NCBI GenBank assembly: GCA_020184695.1 | Contig: JAANOX010000030.1 | Coordinates: 62,001 to 126,000, forward strand | Source of the DNA: Histomonas meleagridis 2922-C6/04-290x | Taxonomy: Eukaryota; Protista; Parabasalia | Direction of reading: 5' to 3' | DNA length: 64,000 nt | Shown: piece after piece, positions 12,201-22,324 of the stretch | Position numbering within the stretch: the first letter of the stretch is position 1 | Layout: each line of letters begins with the position of its first letter | Made by a program: the position numbers and the translations under genes | The notes under the pieces: model-generated | Database searches by the model: none | Told to the model about the DNA's origin: nothing | Seen by the model: only the letters and a program-made list of their open reading frames with translations

Positions 12201-15200
12201 ATTCATTTAAATATGTATGAACATTATATAATATCGGATTATCGATTAAAGGCTTTAAGAAACATTTCAAAAACATATCTTTAGCTACTTCTGTAGATTG
12301 AAGTTTAGCAAACTTTGATAAATAATAAGCGAATTGTGATGGTGGATTAAATGTATCTATAAATGGTATAATAGTATTAACTTTTGCATATTTAAGTAAT
12401 TCATCTAATTTATATTTCGATATCATTTGTTTAAACCAAGCTTTAAAGAATATTGAAATAGGATTAACATTATCAAATATTCCAGGTTTATAACATTTTG
12501 ATATTTCTTCTATTAATTCATCATGTTTATTATATACTATTAAACAAGAAATTGCTGATTGTATAAACTTTATATTTAATGATGGAGGATTCTTAAAGAT
12601 TTCGAAATTATTTTTAGTTAAATAATCATAAAGTTGATCTTTTTGTCTTAATTGAAATGGTTCTGGTGTAACTCTTGAAGATCGTGCACTAAATAATAAT
12701 CGATTTAAGATTTCATAATTTTCATGTGTCGAAGATTCTGAATTTGAAGTCTTTCTTTTATTTAATGAAACTTGTTCTGAATTTGTTCGTTTAACTTCAA
12801 ATAATTCATTTGATGAAGAAATAGTCATTCCTGATAATAAAGTTAAAGATTCTAATAATAATGATTGGAATAAATGTTTTGAACTTTTAGCTAATTGAAT
12901 ATATATTGGCCAAGCTAAATTAGAATTATTTTTTAATATATTATTTAATGAAGTTTGAACATATATAATAATTTCTTTAGTTTGATTTGATTCTAATAAA
13001 TATTCTAATGAATTTACTAAAAATGAAATTGTTTTAATTGATCTATTTTCAGATGATACTTCAGTAATATTTGGATTTGATTCATTGATATCAAAACTTA
13101 AATTATCTAATAAAATTGGTATAGTTTTAGAGATTATTAATGCTGTTCGATAATTATAAGTATCTTTAGTTTTAATTGCATATCTTAAAGCTAATTCAAA
13201 TGTAGTTATAATTGTTGATATTTTATTTGTTTGATTTGTATTTGTTGAATTATTCGAATAAAAATTACCAATAAACTTCATCATACTTTCAATAAATATT
13301 TGTGTTTGATTTTCAAATACATTGAATTGTATAATATTAAAGAAAATTGGTATTGTTGATTCGATTAATGTAATAGTTTCATCATTTAATTTTTGGGTAC
13401 AAAATGATGTTAACATATCAATAGATATTTTCCAATAATAATAACGATCATATTGAAAATTAATAGCACGTGAAAACCATTGAGTTTTAGAGATCTCAAA
13501 GAATGTTGGGAAAGCGTTTATATCCAAAAATTGAAATGCATTTGATAATGAAGGAGCTTCTTCATTTAAATAATATATAAACAAAAATAATGTTGAAAAG
13601 AAATATGATGATAATGAAGTAATTTCATCATTAGATACATCTTCAAGTCTAGAACAAAAATGACATAAGAATTCAGTCATTGTTGAAATACGTTTTAAGT
13701 CTGGTGTAAATAATAATTGTAATCGACTAATTTGAATAATATTTGTAACTTGTACATTCTCTGATTGTAATTTCTTTGTTAAATAATTTAACCATGCTCC
13801 CATTACATATTTAATTATTGTTTTTAACTTTTCATCATTTTGTGGTATATCATACATAGGGAAATGATATTTATTTTGATAATTATATAATGAACAAATT
13901 TGATCAATTAAATTATCAATTGAATCCAATTTATTTAATCCAATAATAGATCGTAATAATAATGAAATAGTCATTAATTGATCAATCATATCATTATTAA
14001 TTTCTGCTTTATCTTTATTTAATGTAACTGATAAACAAACATAAGTCCAATTTAAAAACATATTAAATAATGTATAAAATGTATCCGAATTCGGAGCATT
14101 TAAATTAATTGCTAATTCTAGTTCAGTCTTAAATGAAGTTATTATTTCAGAGACATTTTTCATGATTTCTTGATTCGATATTTTAGTGATATAATCTTCA
14201 TTATAAGTCCAAGTTCCTTGTAAAAATAATAAAAATGGTTCAATGTCAAATGTTTCTGCTCTTGATATATATGACAAAATGTTTTTGATAATTCCTGTTT
14301 GGACTGATATTGCTGGATTTGAAGCAAGAAACTTTTGGAATGGTATTGGATGTTGAATAATAGATGTTGGAATTGATTGATGTAATAATATACTATATAA
14401 TGTAAATTCTTTTGTAGTTTGACCAATTAAACTGACAATGTTAACAACTAAATTCGATTCTTGTTCTTTTGATGATTGTTCAATTGAACCAATTCGTAAG
14501 AAGTTTAAAACATCATTTAAATGAATGGTCATTTGTTCAAAATGTCGAGTTGTTATATACTTTTGATTACCTTGAACTGGATAATCATTAAATACTAATT
14601 CGAGAAATCTAACATATGTTGACCAGCTTTGACATGTATTAAGATTCCCAACTAATATTGTAGATGATTGACATTGTGTACCTGCTTTAGCATAATCTAA
14701 TGCTGCATATCGAGGGAAAAATTTGTCTAACATTGGACCTGACAATAGAACATCATTTTTCTTATTGAATAAAAAGTCAGTAAACTTTGGCGATTCTTTG
14801 GTAAGAAACTCAATTATCTTTGAAAATACTTGAGCGGACTTTTGACCTATAAATATTGCTTCAATTAGTTCAAGCATACCATATGAATAATATAAACGGT
14901 TTACCGCTTTCTTTGATTTGTATTCTTCGACCGTTTTTAGAACGGTTTTTAAAACGGATTTAAACGGGCTCTTTTTTGAATTGGCGGCGGCCGTTAACTG
15001 AGTATGACACATCGGTATTAACGAACATAATATTGAGACGAGTTGTGGCTCGAGATCTTTTTTAATTTTCCAAAGATTATCAACAACTGGCTGGACTGAC
15101 TCAAGGCCATTATTAATTAAATCAGAATGAATACTTGGAAAACGAGTATAAAATTTATATAAAAAATCATAAAATGTTTCAAAAAACGGGATACGCTTGT

Positions 15201-15783
15201 CTGATGTAATTGACGGTATAATGGTTTGAATAACTTTCATTGCGGTATCAAAGGATTCTTTTGAAGCTGTGCAAAGAATGACTTGATGTAAAATAAACAT
15301 TGGATCTGATTTAGGTGAAGATGGATCAAGTAAAAGTTTAAGAGGATTTAATCCAAGTTTAACAAAAAGTTCAATGAGATTCGCTAAGCTTTGTTCAAGT
15401 TTTTGATAATGAGGTTGGAACGATTCTGTTGGTATTTGCGCTATTGTTAATATTTTTGGATTTAACTCTTCATAAGGTTGCTTTATCGGTAGAAGCTGAA
15501 TTAGATCAGAGAGTGCTAAAAGAGATTTGACAAAATTTGGTAAAACTGGTTCAGGTGATTGAAAAACAGACATTTTTTGAGCAAGCGCATTAACTATATA
15601 AGGGATTGCATCGCTTTCATTATAAAGTGTTAATCCAGCTGCATCGGTTACATATGTACATCCTGGCTTACGGAACCAAGCTAAAGAGTGAAAAGCCTGG
15701 AATGATTCAATTGTAGTTGATGATGAAATAAGTTCGTTATCAAGTTCATCAATTAAAATTTGTAGAGACGTAAGCTTGCTCAT
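9217..15783 (-). CDS. Neurofibromin (NF1/Ira)-like large HEAT/ARM protein with Sec14-PH module and degenerate RasGAP-like segment
   Basis: 2188-aa ORF. The segment MDAGEFNDGSKAFYILPP...YIFIIDIKN...KIKKIYLINPS...KVYLPEQAFGI followed by a PH-like beta-rich stretch resembles the NF1 Sec14-PH module as recalled. FLKCFLKPLIDNP just upstream resembles the GAP motif FLRFINPAIVSP. Confidence 0.65.
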   Translation of the reverse strand: MSKLTSLQILIDELDNELISSSTTIESFQAFHSLAWFRKPGCTYVTDAAGLTLYNESDAIPYIVNALAQKMSVFQSPEPVLPNFVKSLLALSDLIQLLPIKQPYEELNPKILTIAQIPTESFQPHYQKLEQSLANLIELFVKLGLNPLKLLLDPSSPKSDPMFILHQVILCTASKESFDTAMKVIQTIIPSITSDKRIPFFETFYDFLYKFYTRFPSIHSDLINNGLESVQPVVDNLWKIKKDLEPQLVSILCSLIPMCHTQLTAAANSKKSPFKSVLKTVLKTVEEYKSKKAVNRLYYSYGMLELIEAIFIGQKSAQVFSKIIEFLTKESPKFTDFLFNKKNDVLLSGPMLDKFFPRYAALDYAKAGTQCQSSTILVGNLNTCQSWSTYVRFLELVFNDYPVQGNQKYITTRHFEQMTIHLNDVLNFLRIGSIEQSSKEQESNLVVNIVSLIGQTTKEFTLYSILLHQSIPTSIIQHPIPFQKFLASNPAISVQTGIIKNILSYISRAETFDIEPFLLFLQGTWTYNEDYITKISNQEIMKNVSEIITSFKTELELAINLNAPNSDTFYTLFNMFLNWTYVCLSVTLNKDKAEINNDMIDQLMTISLLLRSIIGLNKLDSIDNLIDQICSLYNYQNKYHFPMYDIPQNDEKLKTIIKYVMGAWLNYLTKKLQSENVQVTNIIQISRLQLLFTPDLKRISTMTEFLCHFCSRLEDVSNDEITSLSSYFFSTLFLFIYYLNEEAPSLSNAFQFLDINAFPTFFEISKTQWFSRAINFQYDRYYYWKISIDMLTSFCTQKLNDETITLIESTIPIFFNIIQFNVFENQTQIFIESMMKFIGNFYSNNSTNTNQTNKISTIITTFELALRYAIKTKDTYNYRTALIISKTIPILLDNLSFDINESNPNITEVSSENRSIKTISFLVNSLEYLLESNQTKEIIIYVQTSLNNILKNNSNLAWPIYIQLAKSSKHLFQSLLLESLTLLSGMTISSSNELFEVKRTNSEQVSLNKRKTSNSESSTHENYEILNRLLFSARSSRVTPEPFQLRQKDQLYDYLTKNNFEIFKNPPSLNIKFIQSAISCLIVYNKHDELIEEISKCYKPGIFDNVNPISIFFKAWFKQMISKYKLDELLKYAKVNTIIPFIDTFNPPSQFAYYLSKFAKLQSTEVAKDMFLKCFLKPLIDNPILYNVHTYLNELNKTEFINTIIKCNEYQELLESMINSEPIYPVIKIDTFVVDRQIVVSYIGERPMTTDRLLGTYSNKSLKPDQAIIMNTFNWLMDAGEFNDGSKAFYILPPNIPDLPIDILIIQFNLHLQNIKNNYIFIIDIKNITEMFINHFMYMIKNTPKDLCDKIKKIYLINPSYDSAKLLNDNLTNVIKQNTKLNEKIIITDDITNYLTSKDKVYLPEQAFGIKYERRGYISVTYNSISASFIICNLSVTLLSNINILGNKTNVILQIPIYTIQSVEYKNDVIIKYSTKLGVQSITLKTNKGKYIMDSFQLLKERVNTVAQLNVSNLLSTMTPLFKIQMISFSLYLIALRPSYLINQVLQLFESSIRKDSINIINCPIISMTSNKINMGILFEEVINSGYLEEVVNSLINYIDINEKNSLDALIVLLPLFVKFINISKSIPSLSKIISGIYHTIIDPQMLYSLQRYFFNEINNQTAIEVSIYIILQSNIDINIAKRCLQSFMWNQSKLMGEIIIKKLFDGIIRRRTFGHLISPIKFFSAIHTLPFNSKEFSTIDLPLFFFGLVMGLAYSTDELIQMLNPCFEGMFENIIQINPNLQIQLNNFQQKINLIMLHPKTLKPIKFISLVDSILEIIDKDYQERYRKYFIDTKLDDNPEIWFIKKSGSLLYKEGTMNDVLKYMIQMPILFNSNDYGPQKLSICYESLTKIITKFNNNLMIPICLLFPTMYCTHHSNTMLRNSSIKLINVILDYIFIDNNNNINIKLLKECDNYLCKIGNSCLKEFQTFFMIDFFDNFLKSFSTVLTCSFIEIDTRKITIDLYKNYSLKLKNTNSLIYFIIPLVVFGNNDILSWISNNICNFSNNNKTDKEIVAEIIFKDFDKRNESECLWVINYLISFLGGSTCQNRFDDILDLLLYAANNYLKNFEKLIEAIYQKCLNLINNIGSNYRTEKLSTLCAALCNAKLDTIRNDEINEYKKCDENLLKQCVYTALSTLADAVYFNGFGK

Positions 15784-16679
15784 TTTTCGTTTCTGATTTT
15801 ATACTTTTTCTGTGACGATGGGTTTTTTCTATAGTATTAAAGGCGGCTTTTTAATCACTTTATGGCCGATAAACAAGGGTAGAAACAGCCCATACTGTTC
15901 TACGATAGATATACAAACAGAAATTTTGAATCAGATTTTATCTAAACCTCTTAATGGAGGTCACATTGATTGACTTTTTGAATATTTTATAATCGGATTA
16001 TTTCAACTTATTTTTTCAATTTATTGAATTAAGTTGTGCAAGAAGAATTACCCCACGGTTATAAAAATAAAATAAAAAATTAATGTATGTTCCTATATAT
16101 ATGTAGTTAACAATTGCCTATGTATACATTTATATTATGAATATAAATTATAAAAATGAAAGTTAATTTTTACTATGCAATTTTAAATCAAAATTTTCTT
16201 TTACATTTATCATATAGCTTTAAATATTACAATTAATAACTTGAATTCCTGTTGATTCTTATTTTAATCAAGAATTGAAAATAAAAATAATGCATTAAAA
16301 ACAAAAATAGTTTTATTAAAGAAAAACATATTGAGATTGTTTAAAATGGAATTATCAAAATTTTCTATTTCGAATAAATTATATATATTTCTTTTATTTG
16401 ATTAACGCAAAGCTGAAAAAAATTTTTTTTTTAACAACCCGACCTCTTGCTCTCAATGTTTTAACAGATAATGTGAAAATTAAGAAAGAAGTTTTGAAAT
16501 TCTTCCCTTGTTTTTAATGCTAAAATTTTTAAAAAAGTTAACAATCAAACAATAAAATGATGGTGAAAATGTTTCTTCGTTTTTATTGAAAAAAAGATGA
16601 TCACAAAATGCCTTTTTTATTAAGTTCACCAAAATCACAAATTTCGGTTTCATTCAAAAAGTCAAAAGAACAAACGAAA

Positions 16680-19259
16680 ATGAGTGATTCTGATGGTCAG
16701 ATATCCGACAATTCCAATTCTGATAATGATGATGCTCCCAAATATGATGACTCTAACCAGCCATCTCATAACCCTCGAGACAAGTCAAAAAAATCTATGA
16801 CTTTTAGGGATTTTGTTGAATCTTCAGCCGAAGACGATTTAGAATCCTCTAATGATTCCGACGAAGAATTTGAAGAAGAAGAGAATGAAGAAGATAGAAA
16901 ATTTGTTACTGAAGAAGATGTTGAAGATGAAGGATTCACAAATTACATCCGTATGAATCGAGAGAAAAAGAAACGCCGTAAATCATCACATGAAAGGCCT
17001 CACAAATCCTATAAAGAAAAAAGTAGAGAGATTCAAGATAGATTTAGTGGATATGTTGATCGCGATGTTTATGAATATGTTGCAGATACAAAAGCTCTTA
17101 ACACTCCTATTGCCCAATGGCGTGCATCACTTATTCCAACAGCAGGTGAACATCGTATTTTCCTTATCCATACGAATCCCGGAAAAGAATATCGTGTCAT
17201 CCTCAACCTCACCAAGAAGTATTATCCTGGTGGCCAAATTTCAGAAGACCAAACATTTAGTAACACAGTATTTTCTGCATTTTGCCCACAACCTGGTTCA
17301 GGTATAGTATACATCGAAGCTATGACGTCAACAGATGCCAAACTATTCCAAAATGATATACCAGACGTTCTTGTATACAAAGAAGTTCTTCCAATTCCAT
17401 ATGAAGAAATGCAGGAAACAATTAGCGTGGCTCATCGGAGAATAGATATTTACCCAGGAGAGTTTGTCCGCATCAGAGTTGACCATAGGAATGAGTCGTA
17501 CAAAGGAGATCTTGCACAAGTCATCAATGTTAATACAAATAATGACTCTGTCCTTGTAAAGCTTGTGCCTCGTATTGACTATGACGAGCTTAAAAACATA
17601 TTGGAAATGGCTGAAAAAGAAGAAGATCAAAATGCAATTAGTATTGATCAAAAAGTCGAAGGTCTTCAAAGTAAACTTAACAGATTGAAAGGAACAAAGA
17701 CATATCGACCGCCACAAGCAGAATTTAACGAAATTATGGTATCGAATATATCTAAGATTGAACCACCGAAAGAAGATAGGTTCCCTAAGCATATCCAATT
17801 CAAATTTGATGATCGCTCGTATAGGGTGCCACGTGTAGTTCTATGGGATAATACATATTTTGTTGGAACATTTGCATATAAAGAATATCCTATCAACAAT
17901 GTCATCCATGAAGATATTAACCCACGCCAAGATGAAGTTAAGCGTTTCAGAGACAGTCTTCAAGCTAATGATTGTTTTGAAAAACATATCCCAGACTTTA
18001 TTGAACAAATGAATATATCCTTGGGCATGCCATCAAGCAACAAGTTTAATGTTCATAACATAGTTCGTATTATGGATGGCGATTACAGAGGACTTATCGC
18101 CGAAATCGTAAAAATTGACAAAGATATAGTAACCGTCCGACCAATTAACATCGAAGATGGAGATGTAGAACTTTCTGTAGAGTTATATATGATTCAAAAG
18201 TACTTTAAAGAAGGTGACCATGTAAAAATTCTTAGCGGTGAATATGCTGGTCAAACTGGTGAAGTTCAAGTAGCTACTGATAATATTGCAAATGTTTTAC
18301 TCGACTCTAATCATATTACAGTTGATGTAGATATGTCAAACTTAGTTACTACATCAGATGTTTTCTCCGAACCAAAATCTATTGGCAAATATGCATTATA
18401 TGATTTTGTTCAATTAACAGATAAGTCCCAAGGAGTTATTTGGCGTATAGAAAATCGATTAATCTATATATTACTTAGTAACGGTGAGTCTAAACAAATA
18501 TCACTTGATAATATTGATCATCGTATTGATGATCGAAGTCGAATTGCACGTGATGAAACGGGAAAGATCATTAACTTAGGCCAAATGGTTCAAGTTAAGC
18601 ATGAAAACAATACCATTACAGCCCTCGTCAAACATATTTCCAAAGATTTCATCTTTTTATATGATGAATCCAATCGTGAATACAATGGAATCTTTGTCAC
18701 AGAGCCACGCCAATGCAAAGTGAACTCCAATAACAAGCAACAAATAGCTCAACCGCAAATGTATCGACCAAATGCAAAACCACGGTCAGTACCAAACAGT
18801 GAATTTAAGCTTGGGCAATGTGTCATTATCAAGACTGGTCATCTTAAGGGCCAACTTGGTGACATAAAACAAATTGATCAAACATCAATACGCGTATTGT
18901 TACACTTAAAAGGCAACTACACCACTCTAAACATAAACGATCGAGGTAAGACATGGGATGTTAGGAACACAAATGGCTCATCGCTTGATTCTTTGTTCAG
19001 TAGCAGATCTTCACAAAGACAAAGGCAACAGCCGCCACAACAACAAATCAGTAGAGACACATATGGATATGCACAGCAGCCACCACCGCAACAAATGTAC
19101 ACGCCGTACTACTCACCTTATCCAAACGCGCAATCGCCAATGGGTGGTAACGATCGTTATTATGGGTACGCACAATCACCAAATTATGCTCAATCACCAG
19201 ATGAATATGGTAACTCGTACTCAAGATCTCCTACTGCTTATTCTCCACAATACAGTTAG
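16680..19259 (+). CDS. SPT5: Transcription elongation factor Spt5
   Basis: Acidic N-terminus, NGN domain (SGIVYIEA), several KOW motifs (YKGDLAQV, FKEGDHVKILSGEYAGQTGEV, GHLKGQLGDIK), Y-S-P-rich C-terminal repeats. ATG 16680 preferred because TCATT (Inr-like) lies at 16650; track start is 16608. Confidence 0.92.
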   Translation: MSDSDGQISDNSNSDNDDAPKYDDSNQPSHNPRDKSKKSMTFRDFVESSAEDDLESSNDSDEEFEEEENEEDRKFVTEEDVEDEGFTNYIRMNREKKKRRKSSHERPHKSYKEKSREIQDRFSGYVDRDVYEYVADTKALNTPIAQWRASLIPTAGEHRIFLIHTNPGKEYRVILNLTKKYYPGGQISEDQTFSNTVFSAFCPQPGSGIVYIEAMTSTDAKLFQNDIPDVLVYKEVLPIPYEEMQETISVAHRRIDIYPGEFVRIRVDHRNESYKGDLAQVINVNTNNDSVLVKLVPRIDYDELKNILEMAEKEEDQNAISIDQKVEGLQSKLNRLKGTKTYRPPQAEFNEIMVSNISKIEPPKEDRFPKHIQFKFDDRSYRVPRVVLWDNTYFVGTFAYKEYPINNVIHEDINPRQDEVKRFRDSLQANDCFEKHIPDFIEQMNISLGMPSSNKFNVHNIVRIMDGDYRGLIAEIVKIDKDIVTVRPINIEDGDVELSVELYMIQKYFKEGDHVKILSGEYAGQTGEVQVATDNIANVLLDSNHITVDVDMSNLVTTSDVFSEPKSIGKYALYDFVQLTDKSQGVIWRIENRLIYILLSNGESKQISLDNIDHRIDDRSRIARDETGKIINLGQMVQVKHENNTITALVKHISKDFIFLYDESNREYNGIFVTEPRQCKVNSNNKQQIAQPQMYRPNAKPRSVPNSEFKLGQCVIIKTGHLKGQLGDIKQIDQTSIRVLLHLKGNYTTLNINDRGKTWDVRNTNGSSLDSLFSSRSSQRQRQQPPQQQISRDTYGYAQQPPPQQMYTPYYSPYPNAQSPMGGNDRYYGYAQSPNYAQSPDEYGNSYSRSPTAYSPQYS

Positions 19260-19642
19260 AAATTGATTAAAAATTAAATTTGAATTTTTTTTGGTTTATG
19301 TAAAAGTGTCATTAAAATGGAAGTCTTTCGAAACGTTTTCCAAAAATATTTTATTATTTTTACATTAAAACGAGTTTCATTAAAAAAATCTAAATGAAAT
19401 TCGATGTTATAACTTATGTTGTAAAAAGAGTTGTAAATCATCTATCACACTTTAGATGAAGTTAACATTTTATAAGCAAAATAAGAGAAATATTTTATGA
19501 CCTTGTTCTGTTGCTGTTTGAATATCAATTTTTAATGCTTGCAAACTTTAGACTTAAGTCTAAGTAGATTTGGTGTGGAAAAGTGACAATAACAGGATTT
19601 GGGACTGACAATTTTTTTGTGAAATAAAAATTATGTCATTTC

Positions 19643-20263
19643 ATGTTTGATATTTCTGTTTCTTTGCACTCTGGAATGAGTGTATGGGAAGGAGACCCCA
19701 TTTTCCGACAAGAACTTGTATGTTCAATCTCAAAAGGTGAAATTGCAAATGTAAGCGAACTTAAATTATCTTCACATTGCGGAACACATATTGATGCACC
19801 TAATCATTATATTCAAAATGGAAAGGGAGTAGATCAAGTTTCACTAGAAAAAACTTTTGGTCATTGTCAAGTAATTCGTATTTCTGATGAAGCTTTGGAA
19901 AATAATTTGATTCCAAAATCAGCCTTGCCAAATGAATTTAAATCAAAAAGAGTTCTTTTAAAAACATCAAATTCATTAACGCCAGGAACATTCCGAAAAG
20001 ATGCCATTGCTTTATCATTCGAAGCAGCTAATTATTTGGTCGAAAAAGAAATTGAATTGATCGGAATTGATGGGTTATCGATTGAATCTTACTATGGAGA
20101 CGGAAGTGTTCATCAACTTCTTCTTGGAAAAGAGGTTGTTATTCTTGAAACAATAGATTTGTCACAAGTAGAACCAGGAGAGTATGAACTGATTTGTCTT
20201 CCACTAAAGATACAGAATTGTGATGCTTCCCCTGTTCGAGCAGTTCTTAGAACTCTTCAATGA
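19643..20263 (+). CDS. Cyclase family metal-dependent hydrolase (kynurenine formamidase KynB-like)
   Basis: HCGTHIDAPNH (HxGTHxDxPxH motif), IGIDGLSI, YELICLPLKI..DASPVRAVL. Confidence 0.9.
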   Translation: MFDISVSLHSGMSVWEGDPIFRQELVCSISKGEIANVSELKLSSHCGTHIDAPNHYIQNGKGVDQVSLEKTFGHCQVIRISDEALENNLIPKSALPNEFKSKRVLLKTSNSLTPGTFRKDAIALSFEAANYLVEKEIELIGIDGLSIESYYGDGSVHQLLLGKEVVILETIDLSQVEPGEYELICLPLKIQNCDASPVRAVLRTLQ

Positions 20264-20316
20264 CTATCATTGTTAAAATCACTTTGAAATTTCTCATTTT
20301 TAAAGAATTAATTATA

Positions 20317-20618
20317 GGTGTAAATTAGGAGCACATGGACTTGCTGCCAATAAAGGAGCCATTATGTACCCTTTCACTATTGGAGGTACTAGGTTCACTT
20401 TCATGGGTTGTCATCTCTCTCCTCATCAAGAAAATTGGCAATCTCGAGATCAACAATTAAGAAATCTCTTGAAACTTGCTGATAAGAACTTTGATTTCTT
20501 AGCAATAATTGGAGATCTTAACTACCGAATAGAAATGACATATGAAGAAGGTATATCCTTCATTAGCCAGAAGGATGCTGATTACTTTATTTTATTTTTA
20601 TTTCTGTGTCTCACTTAG
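20317..20618 (+). pseudogene. Fragment of inositol polyphosphate 5-phosphatase
   Basis: GAHGLAANKGA...FTFMGCHLSPH...IIGDLNYRI match 5-phosphatase motifs. Frameshift near 20325; no N-terminus and no second catalytic motif. Confidence 0.75.
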
Positions 20619-21187
20619 ATTCGCAGTAATAACGTCAAAATGTTGCTGATTTCATTGGATCTTCAAGTATTGAAGATGTTCAGAAATTAGAAATAAATTT
20701 GTGCAATACAACTGTGTTTAGTTGTATGTTTTAATTTTCCTGAATCATAATTTACAACTGATCCAAACATAGTAGAATCTCCAAATGTGAATTCACTTAG
20801 AAGAATATATACCTTTCTGAACTTAAAGAAGGATGTAAAGGTTGTGATCTATCAACTCATATCTTATAATGAAGGAAACAATTAGAAGCAAGACCACCGA
20901 TTTCACAGTAAGTTGTAAAATCGAAAGATTGTTTTAATTTATATTTATTTTACTAAAGAAAGTGTATACATGTGGTTGGCCTGAGCTCTAACGGACTCTT
21001 TCCAAGGTTGAGAACAGAATCTAAACCATTTGGTGTAATGAAGATTATTTTTTCATATTAATTCTCATAGCAATTTTAAATTACTAAACACATATCTTTC
21101 ATTAAAAAAAATCATTCAAATACCTATTTCATCTTTGTGTAAGTTATTATGAATAACATTTCAAAATTTTGAACATTTTATTTCACA

Positions 21188-22261
21188 TCAAAGAAAATCG
21201 AACTTAATTAATTCATATATCTCAGACACCACATCCAAATCATTCACAATGTTTGCGCTAAGCGTACCGCTTCTTCCAAAGCCTATTATTGTTCCAACCA
21301 ATGCCGCTCCAATTGTTAACGCTGTCATTGCAACTTTTCCAGCTCTTACATATGAAGGCCTCATTAAATTTTCAGCACTTTCGAGTATACCCAAAGTATT
21401 CCAATTTCGAAATGTCTGAATTTCCTCGACGAGATATTTCTGCTCATCAGTCATGTCGATTTGTTGCAAGTGTGCAATACAAAGGCACATGAAATATTTT
21501 TCCAAATCATCGATATGATAAAAGATATTATCCCATATTATCAACAAGTCAATTGTATTATGGTTATCAGCAAAAAAGATTAAACGCCATTTAAGCGCAA
21601 AGAGAAATGGCGACACATCGCAATCAGCAAGTTTTTGTGAAATTGGTTCGGCTTTTTCTAATATCATGTTACTAAGTTGATTGAAATAATCGTCAGAAGT
21701 AACAGGATTAAGAAAATAACTATATCTTCCGATTTGGATAAGTTTGTAAATTAATTGATATGCTAATGACTCAGCAAAAATTGGTGGGAAATTAAAATAA
21801 TTGGAGAAATGTAATGATAATGCAAGTGATACCCACATAAATCGATCATATCCTTGTGTATATGATGATTTATTTTTTGCAATAAATGATAATATTCGGG
21901 TTCCAATAGCTATTGGATCATTTACAGGTGGGCAACCAATACTATTAAGTGCTTGAACAAAACAATCAACACTACGAGGCATATCTTTTGTAATAATACT
22001 TTGATCAGCATGTCCAATAAGTGCATAAGGATTAGGTGTTTGTTCTAGCATTTCGCAATATTCATTATAAAAGTTCACCATTTGAGAAGCAACTAATTCA
22101 CAGCCAGGTTCAACTAATTCTAATGTAATAAACCATGAAAATAAACGACAAATTTGATCTTTTTGGATGTTATGATCCTTGAGGAAATTGCGAGCTTGTT
22201 GCTTTGTGAATGAGCACGCAGGATGATTTTTTAAGGAGAAAATCATTTCATCTGTTTCCAT
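21188..22261 (-). CDS. TBC-domain Rab GTPase-activating protein
   Basis: IITKDMPRS (IxxDxxR) and YTQGYD (YxQ) motifs, FALKWRLIFF. Confidence 0.85.
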   Translation of the reverse strand: METDEMIFSLKNHPACSFTKQQARNFLKDHNIQKDQICRLFSWFITLELVEPGCELVASQMVNFYNEYCEMLEQTPNPYALIGHADQSIITKDMPRSVDCFVQALNSIGCPPVNDPIAIGTRILSFIAKNKSSYTQGYDRFMWVSLALSLHFSNYFNFPPIFAESLAYQLIYKLIQIGRYSYFLNPVTSDDYFNQLSNMILEKAEPISQKLADCDVSPFLFALKWRLIFFADNHNTIDLLIIWDNIFYHIDDLEKYFMCLCIAHLQQIDMTDEQKYLVEEIQTFRNWNTLGILESAENLMRPSYVRAGKVAMTALTIGAALVGTIIGFGRSGTLSANIVNDLDVVSEIYELIKFDFL

Positions 22262-22324
22262 TTTATGGCACTTTTTGATTGGCAGTTTTTATGAAATGTC
22301 AAAAACGGTTTTCGACTCAAAACG
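22262..22324. promoter_or_regulatory. 63-bp bidirectional promoter with M3-like element
   Basis: Head-to-head ATGs at 22261 (-) and 22325 (+). AACGGTTT at 22303-22310 fits the trichomonad M3 motif, followed by Inr-like CTCAAAA. Confidence 0.55.
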
